From: Oscillospiraceae bacterium
GTDB lineage: Bacteria > Bacillota > Clostridia > Oscillospirales > Oscillospiraceae
Direction of reading: 5' to 3'
Length of the DNA stretch: 64,000 nt
NCBI GenBank assembly: GCA_036300205.1
Contig: JAXJGV010000056.1
Span: forward strand, 7,685-71,684
The notes under the pieces are model-generated. The model was not told where the DNA came from and did no database searches. It worked only from the letters and a program-made list of their open reading frames with translations. The translations under genes and the position numbers were made by a program. Of the stretch, positions 37,412-48,337 are shown piece by piece (position 1 is the first letter of the stretch; the number at the start of each line of letters is the position of its first letter).

Positions 37412-40400
37412 TCAGGAAGATATCCCATCCTCCTTTCGCATTGGCAGTTTGTATAACAGCAGTGCAGTCATCATCAGAGCAATACCGCACAGCCAATATA
37501 CGGCACTTCCGTGTCCGCCGGTTTCCGGCAGTTCCACGGTGATCAGATTCTTTACCGTCAGATGGTAAGGACTGCCATGCCACAGAAACTGGCTTGTGAT
37601 CGGAACGGGAGCTCCCGTATCATCCAGTTTCTGAATATTGCCGTCACCATCCACCGTAAAGACCAGGGGTTCCATCAGAATGATATGTCCGGTGGGGGCT
37701 TTCACCTCCGTCAGCCGGTAGGTGTAGGTGCCCACCAGATTTTCAAAGGTCAGCATACCGTTGGCATCCGTGGTCTGGCTGATGGGTGCCGTGCCGCTGA
37801 CCCGCTGCCAACTGCCGCCGGCCAGTTCCACCTGCTCCAGGGTGAACACGGCACCGGGAAGGCCTTCGTTTTCAATGCCGACCTTGGTCACAATCAGCTT
37901 AGGGGATTTGGAATAATTGGTAACTGTGTAGGACCAGTTGTCAATATCTCCGTCGCTATCCCGGTCCGTTCCCGTGCCGCTGGAATACACCGGGATCCAG
38001 TTGGCAAAAGACACACCGTCTGACAAAGTGGGCGCATTGCCAATCACCACTTCTTTGATGCCCCATTGGACAAGCTGTCCACCGGCATACCGGGGCAGAT
38101 TTTCCCAGGTGTAGGTCCAGCTGTTTTCCCCGCTGAGCTTGACCTGGGCATTTTTCAGGCCCGGGAAGGTATTGGCGGCATTCTGTCCGTTGGCCTGAAG
38201 AACCACCTGCACGCTGTCTGCAGGAACATTGGTGCTCCACAGTTTCCGGGCGGTAACGCTGGTCAGATCCGTAACATGGTTTTTGATGATCAGAACGTCG
38301 TTTCTGGGAAGCTCCACATATTTGCTCCACTGAGCCTGGGGAACAGGTGTTCCATCCACCGTGGTGACGCCGGCAATGTAGACATTGTTGCTGCCATCCA
38401 GCCCCAGTTCCACGGTGGCTGCCCAGCCGTAACCCTCGGGGACAATGGATTCCTGAATGAGGATCCTACCCCGCTCTCCCTGGTTGTTATCGGCACCATA
38501 TTGGTAGCTGAAGCCGTCAATGGTTACATAGCCATTGGAGTCGGTCAGAATATCGGTGTTGCTGACATTGGGGTTCTGGGAATAGCTGCCGCCCGGGCCG
38601 GGCGCAAAGTTGAGGATATTGTCCTTCTGAATGAAGTTGAAGCCGGCGCCGCCAATACCGGTACCGGTGGCAGCGTCCTCCTTCTTCAAAAGGATGGAAT
38701 TGTTGTTGTAATAATAATTGGTAAATTCCACCGTCATGCCCTGATCCGGATCCTCGTCCAGGGCAAAGGTTTTGCCCACCACACTGGCCCGGGTTCCGTA
38801 TTCGGCGATGGCTGTCAGTTCACCGTCGGAATCGTATATGGAATACTCGGCGTAATGGCTGTAGCCGTCAATATCACCGTTGGGGAATTCCGTAACCCGC
38901 CAGATTTCATCCAGGGTGATTCCCCGCAGCTGCCAGAAATAGGTATGTTCTGCAGCATTGCCCTTGGAAACCACAGCAACGGACGCATTGGGATAACGGC
39001 TCTTCAGCGAATTACCCGTAGCCTGATCCAGGGTCAGGATATACTGCTTAAAGAAGCCATGGGAAGGATCATAGGGGGTGAAAGCACCGGAGTCCTCCCG
39101 GGTGCCATTCTCCGCCAGGATATAGAAGCCAGTTTCTGCCTGAGTGATTGCCGTCTGTTCGCCCTCAAAATCCTTGTACACATTGAGCAGACCTTCTCTG
39201 GGTACCAGTTTTCCGTCCACGTGCCAGGTGCTTCCCTCCAGTTTAAAGACATACCAGCGGATGGCATAATGCTTGTCATCCAGCTCAGAAGACTTAACGG
39301 CAACCCCGTTCACGGTCAGGCTCTTATCGGGATTTTCTGCCAGATACTCCTTCAGATAGGCGAAAATATCGTCATCATGGGGGAATTCGTACATCCAGAT
39401 ACCGTCAGCGCGTTCGCCATACAGGGCACGGATCTCCTGGTCCGCGGTGTAGGAATTATCCGCTGTGGTATCCGCGATTTCAAACTGCTTCAGCTCCGAT
39501 GCGTTGGTGGAGGGCAGACCTCCCAGGTGGGTGTTGAAGATTTCATAGGTATAGTTTTCAACGGGGTGAGAACCGATATTGCCTTCCGTATCCATTGCCA
39601 CAGAGTCAAACCGGACGAAGAAGGTGACCGAGTTGACCCGGCTGCCCTCTTCCCACTGACCCACCAGATTTACATTGCCATCGGAATCTGCATACTGGGA
39701 CAGCATAGTCCAGGACAGCACGGTATCCGCAGGGATCACCACATCAGTACCTGCCACCTGCCAGCCCTGGAAATAATAAGTAACACTTTCCTTGTTGCTG
39801 GTGCTGACCTCCCGTCTGGCGGTATTGGAGGTCAGCGAGCGGACGGTAACGGAACTGCCGCCGGCAACGGTGTCTGTCGCCGTTGCGGAATCTGTTCCGT
39901 AAAGAGTGGGGACCTGATCCACCAGATCCACTGCACCGGCAGGGAAGTTCACCCGATAGTGCACGGAAGCGGAGGTTTCAATAGCTGTGAATACGAGGTC
40001 AGAAGCGACACTGTCATAATAGTCTCCACCGACATACTGATTGCCCTCACTGTCCTGCCAGACGTATCCCTCCGGCGGTGTCAGGAAGAAGAAGCTGCTG
40101 CCATGTTCCATGGTAATGGGATCAGCCAGAGGATTGCCGTCTGCATCCACATAGGTAACCGTCACAGGCTCCGGTGTGCCAATCAGCGACATTCCCTGAA
40201 GGACAGTAAGCGTCGCACCTCCGGGATAAACCGTGTCGTCAGCAGGATCCACGGGATCCGCACCGGGATCTGTCCAGGTGTAGTGCTCCGGCAGCGTGAT
40301 CTGCTGGCCGGAACTGCAGGACAGGGTTTCATTCTTCTTAACATCTCCCTGCAGATCCAAATAATTCAGGATCACATCAAAGCCCCACCGGGCGTGCAGC

Positions 40401-43231
40401 TGCATATCCGCCACAATGGGATCATCCCGGTAGAAGGCCTGGGTATAGGCTTCATCGGTATACCAGCCCATAAACCGATGTCCCCCCCGCAGGGGATCCT
40501 GGGGAAGTGCAATGGTTGTACCCCAGGGCACATTTTCCAGCACCGCATGGACTTCGCTGCCAGAATAGAAGGTCACGGTATAGGTATCGATCACGCCGAT
40601 AAATACAGTATCTCCGGTAATGATCACGCTGTCACCGCCCTGGTATACCTGGCCGTCAAAGGAAGTCCAGGTATAGTGCTCCGGCAGGGTCAGTTCCATA
40701 CCCACACCTGTCTGCACAGGATCCCGGACAGTGCCGCCCTGGGCATCCACAAAGGAAACGGTGCAGGCCTCTGCCCACTTGGCATACAGCGTAATCTGGT
40801 CCGTGATCGGGGTAGTGAAATCAAAGCGGCTGGTCAGTGCCTCATCCGCATACCAGCCCTCCAGTACGAAGCCTTCCCGAACCGGATCCTCCGGCTGCTG
40901 TGCTGTGCCGCCGTAGCGCACCGACTGAGGCTCTACTGTGGAGCCGCCGTTGGTTTCGAAGGATACCGTCCGGATGCCAGGTCTTGCATACAGGGTCACC
41001 GGGGCAGATATATTCTGAATATCTGCCTGGGATGCCGGCCGCATTCCCTCTTCGTCCAGATACCACAGGTATTCTTCCTCCAGGGCAAGGGTAGCATCCA
41101 TGCCGGACTCCACATACTGCACCCGGTCCGTTTCCCCTACGCCGGAAAGATCCAGTCTGACCGTATAGAAGTCCACGGGAGAATAGCTGTTTCCGCTGCG
41201 GGTGGACAAGATCGCATACTGGGTGTTGTTGGTATTGTTGAAATAGATATTGTTGTTCGCAAAAGTGGAAGTTGTATTGAAATTCGTATTGGTACTGTGC
41301 CGGAAATAATAGCTTCTGCCCAGATTCCCGGTGCTCAGGCCGGTTACGATGCCAGTACCCGAAGTATAGGCATTGACTGCGGTTGTATAGCTGCAGTATT
41401 CCTTTCTGCTCTGGGTCCCATAGTCATTGTTATAGGTCAGATCCGCACTGTTGACAAAGGTGTTCTGTCCGTCCAGCCGGATATAGAAATTGATTTTTCT
41501 GGTTCCTGTGGTGGGAGTGCCTCCCACTGCAGCCGGCGCCACGCCGCTTCCATCCAACGCATACAGAACTTCATTCGAGGGCCGTGCCGAGAACTGCAGT
41601 CCGTTTGTTTCCGGCGTTTGGGCATACAGCCGCAGATCGGATGTGACACAGTCTGCAGCGGAAACCGTCTCACCCTGTTCGTTCAGCCACAGGTAGTCCT
41701 GGGAACAAACTGCAGACAGTTGAATGCCGGAAAGTACATAACAGATTTCTGTTTTCTGTCCCAGAGCAGCACGGTCCAATGTGACGGCATGGAAAGTCAC
41801 AGGCGTATAGACCTGAAGGTCGTTTTCCTGCTGTTGATATGTCAGATAGAAATGGCGGGGCGTGTCATCTGTGCCGAAGTTCAGGTCTGCCTGATCGGTC
41901 TTTTCGATCCCCTCGATTCCCGCGGCGGGAGACTGGGGTGCATAATAAAGGACTGTATCGATCCAGTCAGCCGGATCCGGCTGAATCTGACTGCCATAGG
42001 CAGTGTGAATCTCACTTAAGGGAATGCTGTAGTGGATACCCTCTGCAGTATTCTGCTGATCCATATCCAGAATATCGATGCAGCACCAGTTGCCGTTATG
42101 GTAAAGGTACAGTGCCACCTGTCCTCTGTCGGCCGATATTCCTTCCATGACTGAAATCTCCCTGCCGATCTCCCAGCGGAAAACCGGATCCACTGCCACA
42201 GCAGGCTCCGTTTCCTCTGTGGATTCCGTAGGCTGGGTAACCTCATCAGGTTCCGTAGGCTGGGTAACCTCAGTGGGCGCCGTAGGCTGGGTTACCTCAG
42301 TGGGCACCGTAGGCTGGGTTACCTCAACAAGCTCCGTAGGTTGAGTAGCCTCAGTGGGCACCGTAGGCTGGGTAACCTCAATGGGCACCGTAGGCTGGGT
42401 AACCTCAGTGGGCACCGTAGGCTGAGTAACCTCAACAGGCTCCGTAGGTTGAGTAACCTCAGTGGGCACCGTAGGCTGGGTAACCTCTACGGGTTCCGTA
42501 GGTTCGGTAACCTCATCGGATTCTGTAGGCTGGGTCTCATCAACAGGTTCTGTAGGTTCGGTAACCTCAACGGGTTCCGTAGGTTGGGTGGTAGCCTCCG
42601 TAAATTCTGTGGGTTCAGCGGCCTCTGTGGTTTCAACAGGAGCAGGTTTTACCGGGGCGTACACCGGTGTGCTTTCCGTGGGGGCCTCACTGGACGGTAC
42701 AGTTTCTTCTGTTTCCGGAATTACTTCCGTATTCACCGCAGGGGGTATATAAGACAGATAATTATCCTGTAGGTTTTCATTCAGGATAACCGCCGGTTCA
42801 ATATGATTCTCCGCAATCACCGTATTCAACCGGCTGACACTGTCCGCAGCAAGCTGGATCTGCTGACTGTTGACCGATGTCAGATTCGGATTGAGCGCCA
42901 GCGCCTGGACCATGGCCGAATCGATTACATTTTCCAGACTTCTTTCCTCGGTCTTTTCCATGGTGGTCAGCAGCCAGTTGATATCATTATCTGCCAGCAA
43001 AACCAGGTAACAGTTTTCGCTGTGAAAATGGGCCTTCTGACCGCAGATCAGCATATCCCGGTAATAACAATCCTGGGTATGGGCATGCTCCGCCTGTCCA
43101 CAGCGGGCCTCCTGCTCCAGGGCCACCGCTGAAAGCTCCATAGCACCCAGAGATGGCAGTTTCAGAAGCACCGCAAAAACCATCGTCCATATGCAGTTGT
43201 AGAACAGTCTTTTTCTCCTTTGCCTAGCCAT
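37412..43231 (-). CDS. Large LPETG-anchored tip adhesin with B-repeats and Pro/Thr/Glu repeats
   Basis: CGxxEHxHxxxCY repeats, FETNGGS...GWYADE B-repeats, YRLTEVKAPTG E-box, LPETGG; start set at ATG 43231. Confidence 0.88.
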   Translation of the reverse strand: MARQRRKRLFYNCIWTMVFAVLLKLPSLGAMELSAVALEQEARCGQAEHAHTQDCYYRDMLICGQKAHFHSENCYLVLLADNDINWLLTTMEKTEERSLENVIDSAMVQALALNPNLTSVNSQQIQLAADSVSRLNTVIAENHIEPAVILNENLQDNYLSYIPPAVNTEVIPETEETVPSSEAPTESTPVYAPVKPAPVETTEAAEPTEFTEATTQPTEPVEVTEPTEPVDETQPTESDEVTEPTEPVEVTQPTVPTEVTQPTEPVEVTQPTVPTEVTQPTVPIEVTQPTVPTEATQPTELVEVTQPTVPTEVTQPTAPTEVTQPTEPDEVTQPTESTEETEPAVAVDPVFRWEIGREISVMEGISADRGQVALYLYHNGNWCCIDILDMDQQNTAEGIHYSIPLSEIHTAYGSQIQPDPADWIDTVLYYAPQSPAAGIEGIEKTDQADLNFGTDDTPRHFYLTYQQQENDLQVYTPVTFHAVTLDRAALGQKTEICYVLSGIQLSAVCSQDYLWLNEQGETVSAADCVTSDLRLYAQTPETNGLQFSARPSNEVLYALDGSGVAPAAVGGTPTTGTRKINFYIRLDGQNTFVNSADLTYNNDYGTQSRKEYCSYTTAVNAYTSGTGIVTGLSTGNLGRSYYFRHSTNTNFNTTSTFANNNIYFNNTNNTQYAILSTRSGNSYSPVDFYTVRLDLSGVGETDRVQYVESGMDATLALEEEYLWYLDEEGMRPASQADIQNISAPVTLYARPGIRTVSFETNGGSTVEPQSVRYGGTAQQPEDPVREGFVLEGWYADEALTSRFDFTTPITDQITLYAKWAEACTVSFVDAQGGTVRDPVQTGVGMELTLPEHYTWTSFDGQVYQGGDSVIITGDTVFIGVIDTYTVTFYSGSEVHAVLENVPWGTTIALPQDPLRGGHRFMGWYTDEAYTQAFYRDDPIVADMQLHARWGFDVILNYLDLQGDVKKNETLSCSSGQQITLPEHYTWTDPGADPVDPADDTVYPGGATLTVLQGMSLIGTPEPVTVTYVDADGNPLADPITMEHGSSFFFLTPPEGYVWQDSEGNQYVGGDYYDSVASDLVFTAIETSASVHYRVNFPAGAVDLVDQVPTLYGTDSATATDTVAGGSSVTVRSLTSNTARREVSTSNKESVTYYFQGWQVAGTDVVIPADTVLSWTMLSQYADSDGNVNLVGQWEEGSRVNSVTFFVRFDSVAMDTEGNIGSHPVENYTYEIFNTHLGGLPSTNASELKQFEIADTTADNSYTADQEIRALYGERADGIWMYEFPHDDDIFAYLKEYLAENPDKSLTVNGVAVKSSELDDKHYAIRWYVFKLEGSTWHVDGKLVPREGLLNVYKDFEGEQTAITQAETGFYILAENGTREDSGAFTPYDPSHGFFKQYILTLDQATGNSLKSRYPNASVAVVSKGNAAEHTYFWQLRGITLDEIWRVTEFPNGDIDGYSHYAEYSIYDSDGELTAIAEYGTRASVVGKTFALDEDPDQGMTVEFTNYYYNNNSILLKKEDAATGTGIGGAGFNFIQKDNILNFAPGPGGSYSQNPNVSNTDILTDSNGYVTIDGFSYQYGADNNQGERGRILIQESIVPEGYGWAATVELGLDGSNNVYIAGVTTVDGTPVPQAQWSKYVELPRNDVLIIKNHVTDLTSVTARKLWSTNVPADSVQVVLQANGQNAANTFPGLKNAQVKLSGENSWTYTWENLPRYAGGQLVQWGIKEVVIGNAPTLSDGVSFANWIPVYSSGTGTDRDSDGDIDNWSYTVTNYSKSPKLIVTKVGIENEGLPGAVFTLEQVELAGGSWQRVSGTAPISQTTDANGMLTFENLVGTYTYRLTEVKAPTGHIILMEPLVFTVDGDGNIQKLDDTGAPVPITSQFLWHGSPYHLTVKNLITVELPETGGHGSAVYWLCGIALMMTALLLYKLPMRKEDGISS
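42206..42583 (-). repeat. 14 tandem 27-bp coding repeats (PTxPxEVTQ)
   Basis: Counted from the adhesin translation. Confidence 0.88.
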
Positions 43232-43283
43232 CCTACATGCCTCTTCTGATACAAAACTTCTTTTACATAAACAAATCGGTAAC

Positions 43284-43826
43284 CTAAATCGCCAACAAAA
43301 CTTTTCCAATCACCCGATCCATGGGCACTGCTCCAATTTCCTTCAGACGGCTGTCCATGGAGATGGCCCGGTTGTCCCCCATAACAAACAGGTGATCCCC
43401 GGGAACAAGATAGGGGAAGGTAACATTGCACTGTCCAATAGAGGGGGCGGTAAGATAATCCTCCTCTACCGGTTTTGCATTGATCAGCACTGTGCCGTCG
43501 GATTCCACCGATATCTGATTTCCGCCGTCACAGATCACCCGGCGGACCAAAATTTGGTTGTTAAAATAAAAGGCAATAATATCGCCTTTCTCGATCTTCT
43601 GGGTTTTCAGCAGCAGGAGCGTCTGGCGGTTGCGGATACTGGGTTCCATACTGTCACCGCTGTAATTGACGATCTGCAAGATATGGCTGAACACATTCAG
43701 CAGGATGATAAATACGATCAGCAGACTGATGACCCACGTGGAAATGGCATTTTTGACAATGCGCCGATTCCGCTTGCGCGTGCGGATCTTATTTTTTGTT
43801 TCGTTATCCAAAAACTTTCCGGACAC
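43284..43826 (-). CDS. Signal peptidase I-like protein (pilus-associated SipA type)
   Basis: GDSMEP, LVRRVI (R at the usual catalytic K position), FVMGDNR..SMDSR. Confidence 0.85.
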   Translation of the reverse strand: MSGKFLDNETKNKIRTRKRNRRIVKNAISTWVISLLIVFIILLNVFSHILQIVNYSGDSMEPSIRNRQTLLLLKTQKIEKGDIIAFYFNNQILVRRVICDGGNQISVESDGTVLINAKPVEEDYLTAPSIGQCNVTFPYLVPGDHLFVMGDNRAISMDSRLKEIGAVPMDRVIGKVLLAI

Positions 43827-44183
43827 AGGGATTCTCCTTTTGCTGTTCTTTGGGCGCCCAACGCATAAGCTGGCTCAGGTTCGCAAAAAGCATCCTTTTC
43901 AAGTCCTTATTTTTTAAGCATCTAAGCCTAAAAAATAAACAGGATTTTTCAATCCCGTACCTGAAGGATGCCCTCCTCTTTTTCCATATTTTTACTTTTA
44001 CTTCATTATACAGATTTCGTTGTATAAATGCAATTACATTTTGTAACCTTCAATAGCTTTACGGTCGAATAGACAATGCCGGGCCAGCATTGCTGCAGGC
44101 CCGGCGCATTTTGCTTTCTGAAAAACTGCTGAATTGTAACCAAAATATTCCTGCATGAGTAATTGCCCATGCAGGAACTCTTT

Positions 44184-44471
44184 TTACTGATTATGGATTC
44201 CACGTTTCTTCGCCAGTTTGCTGGCCGTTTTGCGGCGCTCATCGGAGTAGGGTGCCGTCAGCCGGACGCTAATCCGACTCTTGTCGATCTCGAACCGCAG
44301 ACCGCTTTGACCGTCATCGTCGGTCTGCTTGCACAGTTCCGGGTATTTGGCTGCGTATTTTCGCAGCCGCTTCTTTAGGTTCGTATCGTGGGTGTAGACC
44401 TCCGCAAGGGGATCTTTTGCATTGTAGTATATATCGGTTGTCTTCTGTTTTTTCGTAAGACCTGTTTTCAT
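44184..44471 (-). CDS. Hypothetical protein downstream of relaxase
   Basis: AGGAGG RBS; co-oriented with mob operon. Confidence 0.7.
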   Translation of the reverse strand: MKTGLTKKQKTTDIYYNAKDPLAEVYTHDTNLKKRLRKYAAKYPELCKQTDDDGQSGLRFEIDKSRISVRLTAPYSDERRKTASKLAKKRGIHNQ

Positions 44472-44615
44472 AGAAATCCTCCTGTTTTTCGTAAATTTTC
44501 CTCAGTTCTTGAACCGGGAAAAAGGACCTGTTTTCCGATAGGAAGCTCCCAAATGATGACTGCATCGTTTAGAAACTTGCTATCGGATTTTTCTTGATTT
44601 CCCCGGCTCTTGACA

Positions 44616-46307
44616 TTATCTTTTGTAGTCCCGCTTGGGCTGCTTTTTCTGGGGTTTCGGCTGGTGTCTGGCGGGCCACTTTTGCACCGGCGGTTCCAGC
44701 TTTCTTTCGTCCTCCCGAAGCAGATGATCCACATCCTGCTGGGCTTCCATCATGGTGATGGCACTGTAGTGTTTCCCATGGGCCTGCTGCAACCTATCTT
44801 TTGCATCCTGGGTGTAGGGCTTACGCAGGATTTGCCGCTGGGCATGAAGCTCCGCCTTGTCCATGCTCTCTGCTTCTCCGGTCAGTTCCCGGAACTGCGT
44901 CAGCGCAGCATCCAACTCTGCTTGGCACTTCGCTTCCGTCTGCCCCAACCGCTGCAAGGAGCTTTCCATGGATGTCACCCACTTTTTCACTTCCTTCATG
45001 CCCTCATCATCGGTTTTGTCGAAGCGGCTAAGAACAATAGTCTTTTCGCTGCGCAGTTCCTCGATGTCCTCGGATAGCTGGGCAATCCGCTTTGCCAATT
45101 CCCGCTGCTTCAGAATATTCAGCACAGAGGTTGCTTTCTTTTCGTCCAGCAGCCCCTTTCGCTCCCGGCTTAATGTTTTAATTTGACCCACAAGGTCAGA
45201 ATACTGCCGGAGTACCGGTAGCACATCTGCCAAGGTATTCTTAATGCTGCGCCGGTTGGCTTTTGTGTGCAGGATCTGATAGCGGAAGATCAGTATATTC
45301 CGCCGCAGGGTTTCCATAGCCTCCGCAATGGCAGGCACCGTATTCTTGACAGCCTTTGCAATCTTTTCAAAGGCGCTCCGCAGTTCCCGCAGCAGCTTGT
45401 TATCTGCCTTGATCTGTCGATTCAATTCACACCGGTCAGCGATAAAGCCTTGCTGCTCCATGGCCCGTGCGGTCACGCCCTCATGGATGGTAGGCTGTTC
45501 CGGGATGCCCCGGTCAGCATGGCTTCGGTGATCGATCCGTGCTTCCGCTCCCGCCCGTTCCAGGTAGCGGTTGGTCACATCTGCCCAGGCAGAGCGCCAC
45601 AACACCAACTGCTCGTCACTGTTCCACCGGGCAGCAACGGGGTTCTGCCGCCCGAAGCGGGTGCTTTTCGGTGTCTTGGATACCCGTTCATATCCCGCCG
45701 CTTCTGCAGCAGAGGGAGCCATATATTCCTTCTTTCTGCCCACCTTGTATTGGTACTGCTTCTCCCAGCCTTCCTTCTGCGCCTCCTTGAACTCTGCCCC
45801 GGTAAAGCCCATTTCCTCGCCGTCCCGGACACACAGATATTCCTTTTCCGTCTTGTACTGCCATTGTCCGTTCTCAGCCAGAGGCCGAACCGTTACCATG
45901 ATGTGAGCATGGGGGTTATGACCGTCGGTGTCATGGATGCACACATCGGCGCACATCCCATCTGATACAAAATTATCCTTGATAAATTCTGTCAACAGAC
46001 GCTCCCATTCCGCTTTCCCCATCTCAATAGGCAGGGCCACAACGAACTCCCTTGCCAACCGGCTGTCCTTGGTTTTCTCGTTTTCCTCCACGGCATTCCA
46101 AAGTGTTCCCCGGTCTGACCACTCGGCTGGCGCATATTCCGGAAGGAATATCTGCTGCCAGACAAGGCCCTGCTTTCGGGTGTAATCATGTTGCACACCG
46201 TCGTAGTCATTTAGAATTTGGGAGCAGCTCATATAGGCCGCAGCCGCCACGGCGGATCGCCCTGCACCCCGGCTGATAACCTTTGCTTCCAAATGGTAAA
46301 TCGCCAT
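44616..46307 (-). CDS. MobA/MobL (MOB_Q) relaxase
   Basis: MAIYHL...GRSAVAAAAY, LWNAVE, AREFVVALP, HNPHAHI, IDHRS. Confidence 0.96.
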   Translation of the reverse strand: MAIYHLEAKVISRGAGRSAVAAAAYMSCSQILNDYDGVQHDYTRKQGLVWQQIFLPEYAPAEWSDRGTLWNAVEENEKTKDSRLAREFVVALPIEMGKAEWERLLTEFIKDNFVSDGMCADVCIHDTDGHNPHAHIMVTVRPLAENGQWQYKTEKEYLCVRDGEEMGFTGAEFKEAQKEGWEKQYQYKVGRKKEYMAPSAAEAAGYERVSKTPKSTRFGRQNPVAARWNSDEQLVLWRSAWADVTNRYLERAGAEARIDHRSHADRGIPEQPTIHEGVTARAMEQQGFIADRCELNRQIKADNKLLRELRSAFEKIAKAVKNTVPAIAEAMETLRRNILIFRYQILHTKANRRSIKNTLADVLPVLRQYSDLVGQIKTLSRERKGLLDEKKATSVLNILKQRELAKRIAQLSEDIEELRSEKTIVLSRFDKTDDEGMKEVKKWVTSMESSLQRLGQTEAKCQAELDAALTQFRELTGEAESMDKAELHAQRQILRKPYTQDAKDRLQQAHGKHYSAITMMEAQQDVDHLLREDERKLEPPVQKWPARHQPKPQKKQPKRDYKR

Positions 46308-46585
46308 TCTCGTTCCCTCCTTTCGTTGTTTCTGTTTCTCTTTTCAAAGAGAAAATGACCCTAAGTTCAAATGAGGGTCATAACCGCAAACAAATCTGCC
46401 GGTGGCAGGTTTGTGCGGGCAGTTGGTGGAATACCGTAGCTATTAGCGACGGTATTCTGTTCGGTATATACCGCACACCAACTGCGTGGACAATGACAGC
46501 AGCGCTCTATCGATGTGACATTGTCCATAGGCTGTCGCAACAGCCGCATCCCCCTCGGAGAGCGCACGATTTCCAACGGAAATAC

Positions 46586-46620
46586 CACCACCCCTCCGGG
46601 GTGGTGAGTAAGTGCGCCCT
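46586..46620 (+). other. MOB_Q-type oriT
   Basis: Inverted repeat CACCACCCC-TCC-GGGGTGGTG followed by TAAGTGCGCCCT, the RSF1010-type nic motif. Confidence 0.88.
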
Positions 46621-46641
46621 TCGGGATGCCTGCGCCCGTTC

Positions 46642-46863
46642 TCAGCTCTCGTTATTCGTATTCTCCGTACCCAATCGCTTCTCCAGAATCGCTTTCAGCG
46701 CTTCCAGTTCCATGTGCTGTGCCTGGGGAAATACACTTTCCAAAATCGCACCTTCCTGGATCAGCCGCCGGGTTCTGATGCTTCGCTCCTTCTTGCGGTT
46801 CCGTGCCTCCGCTTCCTCCATGCGGTGCTTCTCTTGAAGCAGCTTCTTTTCCTGCTCTGTCAT
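46642..46863 (-). CDS. DUF3847-like mobilisation accessory protein
   Basis: ERSIRTRRLIQEGAILES; adjacent to oriT. Confidence 0.75.
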   Translation of the reverse strand: MTEQEKKLLQEKHRMEEAEARNRKKERSIRTRRLIQEGAILESVFPQAQHMELEALKAILEKRLGTENTNNES

Positions 46864-47708
46864 ACCGTCACCCCCTCCAACAACTGTTTCGCTTTGGCCA
46901 AGTTTTCTGCCATGTTCAATTTCCGGATATTTTGATCGTTCACCTTGATCGCTGTACACCGTTCCAGTACCCGGTCATAGATTCTCGCCCTTGCAAGGTC
47001 TGCTGGATTTTTCAACTCATCCACGGTCAGATTGGTGGTCACGATCATGGGAAGCTGGATGCGGTATCGGCTGTCGATGATATTGAACACCTGCTCCCGG
47101 GCAAACTCCGAATTCCGCTCCACACCCAGATCGTCGATGATCAGCAGCGGGAAAGAATTGAAACTATTGATATATGCGTTCCGGTCACCGGAGTACATAT
47201 CGGTCAGCTTATTTAAGAGTCTTGCAAAGTTGGTCATCATCACCGGCACACCTTGATCCAACAGCGCATTGGCGATGCAACCTGCGATAAAGCTCTTGCC
47301 TGTTCCCACATTCCCCCATAGGAGCAAGCCCATGGAAGACTTACGGAACTCGTCCCAGTGCTGAACGAACCGCTTGGCCATATTCATTTGCTTGGGGTTG
47401 TAACCCAAATCATTTTCAAAGGTGTGCTTCCGCAGCACCGGGTCGGTCAGTCCCACGCTGCGGTTCTTTGCAACCGTATCCAGAAACTCCCGGTGCTTTC
47501 GTTCCTGTTCCCGCTGTTCATAGGCTGCCGTTTGGCAGGCGCACATACAGCGGGGTTCAAACAGCTTACCTGTCATTTCAAACCGTTTCTGCCGGGGTGT
47601 CCGGCACCGGCTGCAATAGATCAGTTTGCTTTCTTCATCCAGGTATTCGTCCTCCCGGAGTTGCACCGGCTGAAAGATATTCTCCAAATCCGTGGAGATC
47701 GGTTTCAT
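46860..47708 (-). CDS. DnaC/IstB-like ATPase
   Basis: GNVGTGKS, LLIIDDLG, IIDSRY, VTTN, RIYDR. Confidence 0.92.
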   Translation of the reverse strand: MKPISTDLENIFQPVQLREDEYLDEESKLIYCSRCRTPRQKRFEMTGKLFEPRCMCACQTAAYEQREQERKHREFLDTVAKNRSVGLTDPVLRKHTFENDLGYNPKQMNMAKRFVQHWDEFRKSSMGLLLWGNVGTGKSFIAGCIANALLDQGVPVMMTNFARLLNKLTDMYSGDRNAYINSFNSFPLLIIDDLGVERNSEFAREQVFNIIDSRYRIQLPMIVTTNLTVDELKNPADLARARIYDRVLERCTAIKVNDQNIRKLNMAENLAKAKQLLEGVTV

Positions 47709-48163
47709 AGGCTATCTCCCTCCTCATAGTCATAATTTCTGATAGGTTTCTCATTCGTTTTTCTCTGCTTATTACTTGTGGACAGTTTTTTGTCTGTCTG
47801 AGGCTTAAAACTTGTCCATCCGGGGGGACAGTTTTCTGTCTGTACCTGCACATAGATTTTGCTGGGTAGCCCAGCCCCTTGCCGCTTACGGGAAATGAGA
47901 TTTTTCTGTTCCAGCGCTGCCAGAGCATTCTTCACGGTCATTTCACTTTTCCCGCTTGCGCTTGCCAAGTCCGCTATCGTGTAGTAGATGAACACATGAC
48001 CCTGTTCATCTTCCCACCCTTCGTTTTTCATTGACAGCCTTGCCCGATCCAGAAGCAGTACATATACCAGCTTTGCTGTTTCGCTTAGACCTGCCGTCAG
48101 CAGAAATCTGGGGTATGCCATATATGCCGGGATTTGGCTGTCTTTGCGTATTTTTCTTGTCAT
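47705..48163 (-). CDS. RepA_N-family replication initiator
   Basis: AKLVYVLLLDRARLSMKNEGWEDEQGHVFIYYT. Confidence 0.88.
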   Translation of the reverse strand: MTRKIRKDSQIPAYMAYPRFLLTAGLSETAKLVYVLLLDRARLSMKNEGWEDEQGHVFIYYTIADLASASGKSEMTVKNALAALEQKNLISRKRQGAGLPSKIYVQVQTENCPPGWTSFKPQTDKKLSTSNKQRKTNEKPIRNYDYEEGDSL

Positions 48164-48261
48164 GCGCTCACCTCCGTTTCCATAAAAAAGACCTCCTTTG
48201 ATAGATTCGTTGCCGGAGTTTCCCCCTGCCCCTAAATCGTATCAAAAATAGGTGGTTTTGA

Positions 48262-48289
48262 CATTGAACGCCAATTGAGCGCAAATTGA
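48262..48289 (+). repeat. 28-bp inverted repeat, arm A
   Basis: CATTGAACGCCAATTGAGCGCAAATTGA; 27/28 to reverse complement of 50654-50681. Confidence 0.85.
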
Positions 48290-48337
48290 CAAAAAGAATG
48301 AGCGAGATTCCTTTTTGCGGAACCTCGCTCTCATTCG

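Noticed and set aside
38066..42019. 1317-aa plus-strand ORF
   Set aside because: Antisense shadow of the adhesin; no recognisable motifs.
42206..42583. Possible CRISPR array
   Set aside because: Contiguous in-frame 27-bp coding repeats with no unique spacers and no cas genes.
46860..47708. IS21 element suggested by IstB-like ATPase
   Set aside because: No IstA transposase; coupled to RepA_N, so a replication helper.
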